Source of the DNA: Phycisphaerae bacterium
GTDB taxonomy: Bacteria; Planctomycetota; Phycisphaerae; WQYP01
Reading direction: 5' to 3'
NCBI GenBank assembly: GCA_051955985.1
Contig: JBQCGD010000039.1
Span: 1,137 to 65,136, forward strand
Length of the DNA stretch: 64,000 bases
Within the stretch, counting starts at the first letter, position 1, and the number at the start of each line of letters is the position of its first letter. The position numbers and the translations under genes are program-made. The notes below the pieces were generated by a model, which saw only the letters and a program-made list of their open reading frames with translations, was not told the origin of the DNA and ran no database searches. Below are positions 21,119-29,262 of the stretch, piece by piece.

Positions 21119-21508
21119 TCAACTGTTGACCTTGCTCATGACGTAGTTCACAAGTGCCTGGACGGTAAAGACATCGCGGAACTTGTTGATGTCGGGGTCT
21201 TGTTCAAACTTGGAGAAGTCGGCGAAGGGCATCCGGGTTTTGAGTTCGGCGAGGCCCTTGGGGGTCATTTTGCCGTTCTGGACGAATTCCGGGTTGGTGA
21301 AGATGGTGTCGGGGGTGAGGTCGCCTTTGGGGATTTTGATGGCAAAGGCTTTTTCCAACTGGAATTGGATGTCGAGGTAGTCGATGGACTCGGCGCCGAG
21401 GTCTTCGCTCAAGCGGGCCTCGGGCGTGACTTCGTCATCATCCACCGCGAGGGCGGTGGTGAGCACGTCCTTGACCTTGTTGAAAACTTCCTCTTGCGTC
21501 ATGGCCAT
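21119..21508 (-). CDS. acyl carrier protein-like (extended, 129 aa)
   Basis: Phosphopantetheine-site-like motif DLGAESIDYLD. About 50-aa C-terminal extension relative to canonical ACP. Confidence 0.65.
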   Translation of the reverse strand: MAMTQEEVFNKVKDVLTTALAVDDDEVTPEARLSEDLGAESIDYLDIQFQLEKAFAIKIPKGDLTPDTIFTNPEFVQNGKMTPKGLAELKTRMPFADFSKFEQDPDINKFRDVFTVQALVNYVMSKVNS

Positions 21509-21533
21509 GTGGAACTCCCTTTGGGGACTGGGG

Positions 21534-22031
21534 TTAGACGAGCACCGGGGCGCTCGTGAACTGGTTGAAAGTTTGCCAGCGTTCGCGCTGGGCGCTGAGG
21601 GCGATGGCGTCGTTCTTGGCGAAGGCGGGGTCGGTGTCGGCGAGGTTGAGGTGGGCGAGTTCGAGGCGGGCGGTGATGGCGGTTGCGTTGGTGGGGCCGA
21701 CGGTGCCTTTGATTTTGAAGTCGCTGGTTTTTTCGCCGATTTCGATGGCGTCGGCGGTAATGGTGAGGGTTTGGCCCGGGGAGACGAAGGTGCCGTAACG
21801 TACGCCGCGGGCTTCCTTTAGGACGATGAGGCTGTGTTTAAAACCTTCGGTTTGGCGGACGAGCCAGGCGGCGGTTTGGACGGCGGCTTCGAGCATCATG
21901 ACGCCGGGGAGGACGGGGAAATTGGGGAAGTGGTCGGCGAGGTATTCTTCGGCCATGGAGACATTTTTGGCCATGACGATGCGCTTGGCGTGGTCGAGGG
22001 AGAGAAGTTGGTCAACGAGAATGAATTTCAA
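21534..22031 (-). CDS. second FabZ-like hotdog dehydratase
   Basis: EEYLADHFPNFPVLPGVMMLEAAVQTAAWL. Same family as 20550..21062, diverged. Confidence 0.75.
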   Translation of the reverse strand: MKFILVDQLLSLDHAKRIVMAKNVSMAEEYLADHFPNFPVLPGVMMLEAAVQTAAWLVRQTEGFKHSLIVLKEARGVRYGTFVSPGQTLTITADAIEIGEKTSDFKIKGTVGPTNATAITARLELAHLNLADTDPAFAKNDAIALSAQRERWQTFNQFTSAPVLV

Positions 22032-22139
22032 GGGATTCCGCCGAGCGAAACAAAGTCCACCGTTGTACCGGGAGGCACCCTGTTTGACAAGGCAAAGTGG
22101 TGCGTTTCGGGCGGGGTGCGCGCGGGGTTCGAGGGGGTG

Positions 22140-22400
22140 ATGGGTGGATGTTTGGAGGTTTTTGGCCAGCGAGTGGAGGGGTCGGGAGAGTTGGGGGTGG
22201 GGTTCGGAGGGTTTGGGGACGGTTCAGGTACGTTTTGGGATGGGGAAGGGGCGGGTAAGGGGCATTGACGGTGGGGGTGAGGGGGAGTTGAGCGGGAGTT
22301 GAGGGAGGGTTGGGGGGGGATTGTGGGGAGGTGGAGGGGAGGGTGTTTGCGGGGGACGCGCGGAACGCGAGGGCCGCGGCTAAATATTTTCTTTCTGGGT
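22140..22400. repeat. G-run-rich low-complexity tract (GGGG/GGGTGGGG islands), G-quadruplex-prone on + strand
   Basis: Dense G3-G8 runs separated by 1-7 nt across about 260 bp between divergent genes. Confidence 0.5.
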
Positions 22401-22415
22401 GTGAGTGGGCGGCTT

Positions 22416-23143
22416 GTATGATGCCGGCGCGTTCGTGGAGAAACTCGGTGCCCGGTCCGAGCGATGATTTGTTCAACTATTCCTTAGGTTTCGTGACAGC
22501 GGCCGACGTTGCCGCTTTCGCACCATGTGACCCCGGTTACGCAGATTATGTCCGCGTTTTTTCCGAGATTCTTGTCTCTCGGAAGGTGCCGGGGAAAGCC
22601 GATTTCGACGTCACGGAGACTGTCGGACTAACGCGGTGGGTGGAGGCGGATGGTTGTTCTGATTCGGCCCGATTTCGTCGATTTCGGGTTTTCACAAACG
22701 CAGTCGCCATGTCCATGTCGGTGCACGGCAGCGCTCACGACGAGGCTTTCCCACCGAACTACACGATTATTTCTTTGATCGATGATTGCCTTGTGCTTCG
22801 CGATGAGACGATGTGCGCCATGCTCTTGCGGGTCTTCGAGGAATTTCATGAGGCGCTTGTGTGCCAGCGGTCGGACGAGTCGGGGTTTGCACTGCTTGGG
22901 ATGCTCCTGATCGGGGCGAAACTTGGGATTTGTGGGCACGACATGGAATTTTTGGCAGGGCAGCTCATGGAGGAGGAGAGCCGATGCCGCAACCGGAGGG
23001 AAACGAGGTTCTTATTCGGCTGCACGTTTTATGATCAGTTGAATTCGCTTTGGAAACGGTACATCGAAGAGTTGGTGACTCCGGCGACGCTCGATTTGAT
23101 GCTGGTACGTGACTCGCTCCTGAATGATCGCGCTGACGATTGA
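22416..23143 (+). CDS. hypothetical protein, compositionally atypical (lower GC, no third-position bias)
   Basis: Open frame 22310..23143. Start uncertain (MMPARSW at 22416 or ATG 22310 inside the G-tract). No recognisable domain. Codon usage differs from all neighbours. Confidence 0.4.
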
Positions 23144-23369
23144 TCATCGCAATCGGCGGGCAACGGGACGCGTGCCGGAGCGGGATTTTCAGGGAAGACA
23201 TCGCGTGCAGCCGGGCGTTTGGGGACGTTCGACGATCATGAACAACAGGCTTGCGGCATCAGGGGACGCGCGGCCCCGAGGGCTGCGGCTCAATAGGGGG
23301 TGGGCTGGACCGGGGTGGGGGGATGGCGTATTATCGCGCGATCGGTTTTGTCACGTTGATGGAAGTGTG

Positions 23370-23804
23370 ATGATGTCGCTTGAGCATAGTTTGCCGGTGG
23401 GGATTGTGCGGTACAACGAGTGGGCGGCGATGGGGATTTTGTTTTTGCTGGCGGCGGGGTTTGCGATTTTCAACGTGGTGTTGTCGACGTCGCTGGGGCC
23501 GAAGCGGGAGGGGAAGACGAAGGAGACGCCGTATGAGTCGGGGGTGAATCCGGTGGGGGATACGCGGCAGCGGTTCAATGTGCGGTTTTACCTCGTTGCG
23601 ATGATCTTTTTGGTGTTTGATGTGGAAGTGCTGTTCCTGATTCCGTGGCTGACGATTTTTCCGGAGCGCGTGTTTGATGGCTTTCACCTGGCGCAGCATG
23701 AGGTGGTGTATGGGGCGTTGTTTGTGTCGGTGTTGACGTTTACGGCGATTATTCTGGTGGCGTATTTCTATGCGTGGGGGAAGGGCGTGCTAAAATGGGA
23801 CTGA
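23370..23804 (+). CDS. nuoA: NADH-quinone oxidoreductase subunit A
   Basis: MMSLEHSLPV... three TM helices, ...PYESG..P.G..R..F.V.FY..A..F..FD.E..FL.PW. GGAAG RBS. Extreme NNG/NNT codons. Confidence 0.85.
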   Translation: MMSLEHSLPVGIVRYNEWAAMGILFLLAAGFAIFNVVLSTSLGPKREGKTKETPYESGVNPVGDTRQRFNVRFYLVAMIFLVFDVEVLFLIPWLTIFPERVFDGFHLAQHEVVYGALFVSVLTFTAIILVAYFYAWGKGVLKWD

Positions 23805-23884
23805 GGCGTGAGGCTTCGATCCCGGCGCGTCGATCTTCGATCGACGGCTAAACGATTTTTGGAAGTTGGACTCTTAGGCGATTT

Positions 23885-24463
23885 ATGGCCATTGAACCTA
23901 CCGCGTTGCCGGACAATGTGTTGACGACCAGTTTGAAGAAGGTGGTGAACTGGTGTCGGCGGTCGTCGGTGTGGCCGATGCCGTTTGCGACGGCGTGTTG
24001 CGGGATTGAGTTGATGGCGACGGCGTCGAGTCGGTATGACCTGGCGCGGTTTGGGGCGGAGGTGATGCGGTTTTCACCGCGGCAGGCGGATCTGATGATT
24101 GTGGCGGGGCGTGTGGGGATCAAGATGATGCCGGTGCTGCAGCGGATTTACATGCAGATGGCGGAGCCGAAATGGGTGATTTCGATGGGGGCGTGTGCGT
24201 CGACGGGCGGGGTGTTTGACAATTATGCGACGGTGCAGGGGATTGACCAGTTTTTGCCGGTGGACGTGTATGTGCCGGGGTGTCCGCCGCGGCCGGAGAC
24301 GTTGATGGAGGGGATCATGGCGATTCAGAAGATCATTGATGAGCAGGGGGTACCGGATTCGACGATGCGGCCGTTGAAGGTGGCGATTGAGCCGACGTAT
24401 AAGCCGGCGCCGCAGCCGCAGGTATTGCTGGGGGAGCGGTTGGCGGGGGCTCTGCGGAAGTGA
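23885..24463 (+). CDS. nuoB: NADH-quinone oxidoreductase subunit B
   Basis: CCGIE...[32 protein letters not shown]...[13 protein letters not shown] (Fe-S cluster N2 ligands). Confidence 0.9.
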   Translation: MAIEPTALPDNVLTTSLKKVVNWCRRSSVWPMPFATACCGIELMATASSRYDLARFGAEVMRFSPRQADLMIVAGRVGIKMMPVLQRIYMQMAEPKWVISMGACASTGGVFDNYATVQGIDQFLPVDVYVPGCPPRPETLMEGIMAIQKIIDEQGVPDSTMRPLKVAIEPTYKPAPQPQVLLGERLAGALRK

Positions 24464-24480
24464 TCTTGCGGATCAATAAT

Positions 24481-24570
24481 CCCCCCACCGCGGGACGACG
24501 GAAACACGAAGGCACGAAGAGACGAAGGACCACGAAGACGAAGAGTCGCCGTGGTTTTTTTTGCGCGAAT
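24481..24570 (+). repeat. ACGAAG-rich ~55-nt element immediately after nuoB stop, followed by T8 (terminator-like / sRNA-like)
   Basis: ccccccaccgcgggacgacggaaacacgaaggcacgaagagacgaaggaccacgaagacgaagag...gtggtttttttt. A near-copy occurs after ppx at 28004..28060. Confidence 0.45.
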
Positions 24571-24606
24571 GTGGTTACATTTTCTGTGTGATGGAAGGAG
24601 CGCGGG

Positions 24607-25086
24607 ATGCCTGAGGTTCGTGCGGATGGGATTGCGGTGTATGTGTATCGGCGGGTGGGGAGTGGTGTGGAGTTTTTGCAGATACGGCGGACGGCGGCGA
24701 CGGGGGAGTACCAGTGGTCGTGGCAGACGGTGTATGGGGGAGTGGAGGCGGGGGAGACGGCGGTGAGGGCGGCGGTGCGAGAGTTGCGGGAGGAGACGGG
24801 GTTGAGGCCGGTGCGGATGTGGCAGGTGGAGTTTCTGGAGACGTTTTATTTTCGGCCGCACGATTATGTGTTGTTGATGCCAGTGTTTGGTGTGGAGGTG
24901 AAGGGGGATGAGGGGATTGTGTTGAATGCGGAGCATGACGGGTATCGGTGGGTTGGGGAGGGGGAGGTTGGGGAGAAGTTCATGTGGCGGACGCAGCGGG
25001 AGGCGATTGGGGTTTTGCTGGAGGAGTTGCGGGCGCCGGGAGGGGCGAGTGGGTATTTGGAGGTGGATTTGGGGCGGGAGGGGTGA
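24607..25086 (+). CDS. NUDIX hydrolase
   Basis: Nudix box GGVEAGETAVRAAVRELREETGL. AAGGAG RBS. Confidence 0.8.
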   Translation: MPEVRADGIAVYVYRRVGSGVEFLQIRRTAATGEYQWSWQTVYGGVEAGETAVRAAVRELREETGLRPVRMWQVEFLETFYFRPHDYVLLMPVFGVEVKGDEGIVLNAEHDGYRWVGEGEVGEKFMWRTQREAIGVLLEELRAPGGASGYLEVDLGREG

Positions 25087-25139
25087 GGGGAAACGCAAAG
25101 CTCAAAACTCAAATGGCCGACGGGGGCGTCTGCCCCACT

Positions 25140-26081
25140 TTAGTGATTCATCCAGGTGTAGGTTTGGATGAAGAAGGTGGCGGCGCGGTGGGCCTGTTTT
25201 TTTTCCATGTCGCGGTGCCATTTTCGCCAGGCGGGGCGGAGGGATTTGATAGGGGTGGGGTGATGGGGGGGGAGTTGTTGTTGGAGGGTTACTTCGATGA
25301 CGTGGGTGTCGTGGTGGTCGCCGAGGAGTTGCTGGAGGGATTTGAGGAATTTGAGTTCTTTTTTGTGTTTTTTGTCGTTGAGTTCTTTTTCGATTTCGAG
25401 GGAGTAGCGGAGTTTTTTGGCGGCGATGCGGGCTTCGTGGAGGGATTGGGGGGATTGTTTTCTGGCGGCCTGGGCGAAGGCTTTTTTGAGTTTTTTGCGG
25501 CGTTGTGCGATGCGTTTGTCGAGTTCTTTTTCGAGTCTGGCGCTGGCGGCGGGGAGGCAGTCGGGTTTGGATTGTTCTTCGAGGAGGCGGGCGAGGAGGA
25601 CGAGGGTGGCGGCGAGGGTGGCGGAGGTGGCGGTGGTGCGGAGTGCGGCTTCGAGGTCGGGGCGGCGGGCGTGTTCGCGGTCGATGAGTTGGCGGGCGGC
25701 TTTTTTCAAGGGGGCGGGCATGCGCCATTTCTGGAGGTGCTGGGTGGTGACATCGAGGTCGCGGAGGTCGCCGGCGGCTTGGCGGAGGGACTTGAGGCTT
25801 TGTTCGACGGCGCGGGCGGAGGTTTTGTCGAGGAGGGTGGCGAGGAGTGCGGCGAGTTCGGAGAGGCGGCGGAGGGAGACGCGGAGGTCGTGGACGAAGT
25901 CGGGGTCGAGGGGTGTTTGGGGGTCGGCGGCGTGGCGGAGGAAGTCGGCGACGTCGTTGCGGCGTTGGGTGGCGAGTTGGAAGAGGGGGGAGGGTTTTTC
26001 GTGAGGGGGCGGGGTCTGGGGGCTGGGGTCTGGAGACTGTGGGGGAGGGGTGGGCGTGGTGGAGGGGGATGGGACGGTCAT
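25140..26081 (-). CDS. CHAD domain protein with Pro-rich N-terminus
   Basis: Helical protein with HDLRVSLRRL... and ARIAAKKLRYSLE (CHAD signatures). Sits next to ppx, as CHAD proteins often do near polyphosphate-metabolism genes. Confidence 0.7.
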   Translation of the reverse strand: MTVPSPSTTPTPPPQSPDPSPQTPPPHEKPSPLFQLATQRRNDVADFLRHAADPQTPLDPDFVHDLRVSLRRLSELAALLATLLDKTSARAVEQSLKSLRQAAGDLRDLDVTTQHLQKWRMPAPLKKAARQLIDREHARRPDLEAALRTTATSATLAATLVLLARLLEEQSKPDCLPAASARLEKELDKRIAQRRKKLKKAFAQAARKQSPQSLHEARIAAKKLRYSLEIEKELNDKKHKKELKFLKSLQQLLGDHHDTHVIEVTLQQQLPPHHPTPIKSLRPAWRKWHRDMEKKQAHRAATFFIQTYTWMNH

Positions 26082-26263
26082 GATTGGTCGCCGTGAGTTG
26101 GGGGAACTTTTTGGTAGCGTACCATGGATGTGTGAATGAGCGTTGGATTTTTCTGTGCGTAGTGCCGACGTCGCCTGCGGGCGACGGGCGTCGAGTGTCG
26201 ATGCTTAATGGTTCTTCAGGGGAAACGTGGACATTTGTGGGGGAAAAAGCATAATCGGGAGGC

Positions 26264-28000
26264 ATGGTGGCTTCGCGCAGCAGCAAAAGTGCCGGGAAAA
26301 GTGGGATCGCGATGCGGTTTCATTCGAATGGGCATGCGGGGCGGGGGAAGACGGTGACGCCGGCGGCGAGTTCGCCGAAGCCGCCACGGTCAGCGACGCC
26401 GCACGGGTTGCGGATTGCGGCGATTGATATCGGGACGAATTCGCTGCACATGGTGATCGTGGAGGTGACGGATACGCTGTCGTTCCGGACGCTTTCGTCG
26501 GACAAGGATTTGACGAACCTGGGGGCGGCGGCGCTGGTGCATCATCGGTTGTCGAAGCGGGCGATCGATCACACGCTGGAGGCGCTGGGTCGGTACCAGC
26601 GGATTGCGCAGGGGCTGGATTGCGATGTGATATTGGCGTATGCGACGTCGGCGGTTCGGGAGTCGACGAACGGTGGGGATTTTGTGCAGGCAGCGCGGCA
26701 GAAATTGGGGCTGCGGATCCAGGTGATTTCGGCGCAGGAGGAGGCGCACCTGATTTACCTGGCGGTGAAGCAGGCGATTGATCTGGGGTCGATGGGGGGG
26801 GGTGGGGGAGGCGGGCCGTCGTTGATCGTGGACATTGGGGGCGGGTCGTGCGAGTTGATCGTGGGGACGAACGAGCGGGCGGTGATGCTGGAGTCGTTCA
26901 AGCTGGGGGCGTAGCGGCTGACGCAGCAGTTTGTGCATTCGGATCCGATGGACAAGCGGGACCGGGAGAAGCTGGAGACGCATCTGCGGAAGACGTTGAA
27001 GCCGGCGATTGAGAAGATCAAGGAATTGCGGCCGCAGCGGGTGATCGGGACGTCGGGGACGATGGAGAACCTGGTGTCGATGGCGATTGCGCAGCATGGG
27101 GCGGAGGTGGCGCGGCACCGGCTGTTGACGCAGATGACGCGTGCGGATTTTCGGGATGTTTATAAGCGGCTGATCCGGATGACGCTGTCGGAGCGGAAGC
27201 ATTTGTCGGGGCTGGATCCGGGGCGTGCGGAGCAGATCACGGCGGGGGCGATGCTGGTGGAGCATTTGTTTGACCGGTTGGAGATTTCGCACATCGATGT
27301 GTGCGATCGGGCGGTGCGGGAGGGGATGATCATCGATTACATGCAGACGCATTGGCCGAAGGTGAAGCTGTCGGTGCAGATCCGGGATCCGCGTAGGCGG
27401 TCGGTGTTTGAGCTGGGGCGGCGGTGCAATTTTGATGAGAAGCATGCGCTGCAGGTGACGCGGTTGGCGCTGGCGTTGTTTGATAGTTTGGCTGGGATGC
27501 ATCGGATGACGGCGCAGGATCGGGAGCTGCTGGAGTATGCGGCGATTCTGCATGATGTGGGGTGGCACATCGGGCATTCGGGGCATCACAAGCATTCGCA
27601 GTATTTGATTGTGAACGGAGATTTGGAGGGGTTTTCGCCGAACGAACTGGATGTGATCGGGAACGTGGCGCGGTATCACCGGAAGTCGGCGCCGAAGAAA
27701 TCGCATGGGGAGTATGTGGCGCTGGGGGCGGAGGATCGGGACCGGGTGTGGAAACTGGCGGGGATTCTGCGGATCGCGGATGGGTTGGACCGGGGGCATT
27801 ACGGGAACGTGGTGCATTTAAGGACGATTGTGCGGGATGACACGGTGTCGGTGCGGGTGTTCACGCAGTCGGATCCGGAGCTGGAGTTGTGGGGGGCGCG
27901 GCACAAGGTGGACATGTTTGAGAAGATATTTGATCGGGGGGTGCGGTTGTCGGCGGAATCGGCGAAGAAGTTGCCGCGGAAGTTTTTGCTTTCGGTTTGA
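26264..28000 (+). pseudogene. ppx: exopolyphosphatase/guanosine pentaphosphate phosphohydrolase (Ppx/GppA) + HD domain, interrupted by an in-frame TAG at 26912-26914
   Basis: N-terminal half (AIDIGTNSLHMV...) ends ...SFKLGA*. The C-terminal half continues in the same frame (RLTQQFV... VIGTSGT ... HD domain LHDVGWHIGHSGHHKH). The stop sits where Ppx homologs have a hydrophobic residue in LPLGAVRLTE. Confidence 0.6.
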
Positions 28001-28003
28001 GCT

Positions 28004-28060
28004 CCCCCCCCACCGACGACGACGGAAACACGAAGAGATGAAGGGACGAAGGACCACGAA
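28004..28060 (+). repeat. second copy of the ACGAAG-rich element, immediately after ppx stop
   Basis: ccccccccaccgacgacgacggaaacacgaagagatgaagggacgaaggaccacgaag. About 85% identical to 24481..24545. Confidence 0.45.
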
Positions 28061-28159
28061 GGGGGGGTGGACGGGGGCTGGGGTCTGGGGACTGGGGTCT
28101 GTGAATTTGTGGCTTCTGTGGGTTGGTGGTGTGGTTGCGCGTTGGTGGGGCCTCGTGTT

Positions 28160-28315
28160 TTAGAGTTTGCCGGCGACGATGAGGACGATGACGATGATGA
28201 GGACGAGGCCGAGGCCGCCGCTGGGGTAGAAGCCCCATCCGGCGCTGTAGGGCCAGGCGGGGAGTGCGCCGAGGAGGAGGAGGATGAGGAGGACGAGGAG
28301 GACGGTTCGAAGCAT
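28160..28315 (-). CDS. DUF3309-like small membrane protein (51 aa), absent from the ORF track
   Basis: MLRTVLLVLLILLLLGALPAWPYSAGWGFYPSGGLGLVLIIVIVLIVAGKL. GGAGA RBS 8 nt upstream. Matches the conserved ...LGALP.WPYS..WGY.PSGGLG... pattern. Confidence 0.5.
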   Translation of the reverse strand: MLRTVLLVLLILLLLGALPAWPYSAGWGFYPSGGLGLVLIIVIVLIVAGKL

Positions 28316-28431
28316 GGCAATTTCTCCGATTCACAGTTCGCCGGGGGGAGGAATTGCAAAGGGTGTACCTCAGCCGTAATGGCGGGTTTTGAGTGGGGAG
28401 GGGCGGACGAGTTGTCGGCGGGGGAGGCTTG

Positions 28432-29190
28432 TTATTTCTCTATTTTGGCGACGTAGACCTTGGTGTCGTAGAGGAAGGCGATTTGGCCGGCGGTTTGGAA
28501 TTGGTGGAAGGCTTTTTCGATGCCTTGCATGAGGGCGTGGTGGGCGGGGCCTTCTTTGGGGGCGTAGGAGGAGGAGAGGACGCGGCCTTTGAGGGCGGGG
28601 AGGTCGAGGTGTTGGGCGTTGTCGTAGCGGAAGGTTTGCATGTTGTGGCCGAGGAAGTCGCGCATTTGGGATTCGGTGACTTTGCGGTGGTCAACTTTGG
28701 CGTAGTCGGGGGAGAGGTGCTGGAGGAGGCGTTCGTATTCCTGGAGGAAGGGGGAGTCTTCGACTTTGCGTTCGTTCCAGACGAGGAGGATGTGGCGGTT
28801 GGGGCGGAGGATGCGGTGGAATTCGGCTTTGGCTTGCGGGGGGTTGAACCAGTGGAAGGCCTGGGCGGCGGTGATGAGGTCGATGGCGTTGTCGGGGAGG
28901 GTGGTGTGTTCGGCGGAGCCGTCGATGGGGTGGAAGTGGGGATGGTGGGCGAGGAATTTTTGGGCGGCGTGGCGCATGTCGGGGTTGGGTTCGACGCCGT
29001 AGACGGTGTTGCCGAGGTCGGCGAAGAGTTTGCCGAAGAGGCCGGTGCCGGAGCCGATGTCGGCGATGGTGGTTTTTTGTGGGGTGAAGATGCCGGCGGC
29101 TTGGAGGTCGGTGAGGATTTTTTGGGGGTAGGAAGGGCGGTATTTGACGTAGTCGTCGACGCGGTTGGAGAAGCGTTGGGTGGGGTGCAT
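28432..29190 (-). CDS. class I SAM-dependent methyltransferase
   Basis: Motif I IADIGSGTGLFGKLF. Post-I VYGVEPNPDM. Motif II IDLITAAQAFHWF. Confidence 0.8.
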   Translation of the reverse strand: MHPTQRFSNRVDDYVKYRPSYPQKILTDLQAAGIFTPQKTTIADIGSGTGLFGKLFADLGNTVYGVEPNPDMRHAAQKFLAHHPHFHPIDGSAEHTTLPDNAIDLITAAQAFHWFNPPQAKAEFHRILRPNRHILLVWNERKVEDSPFLQEYERLLQHLSPDYAKVDHRKVTESQMRDFLGHNMQTFRYDNAQHLDLPALKGRVLSSSYAPKEGPAHHALMQGIEKAFHQFQTAGQIAFLYDTKVYVAKIEK

Positions 29191-29262
29191 GGGCGGCTCC
29201 GGTTCGGACGTATAAATTAGCCACGAAAGACACTAAAGACACGAAAAGAGGGGATTTGTTTT

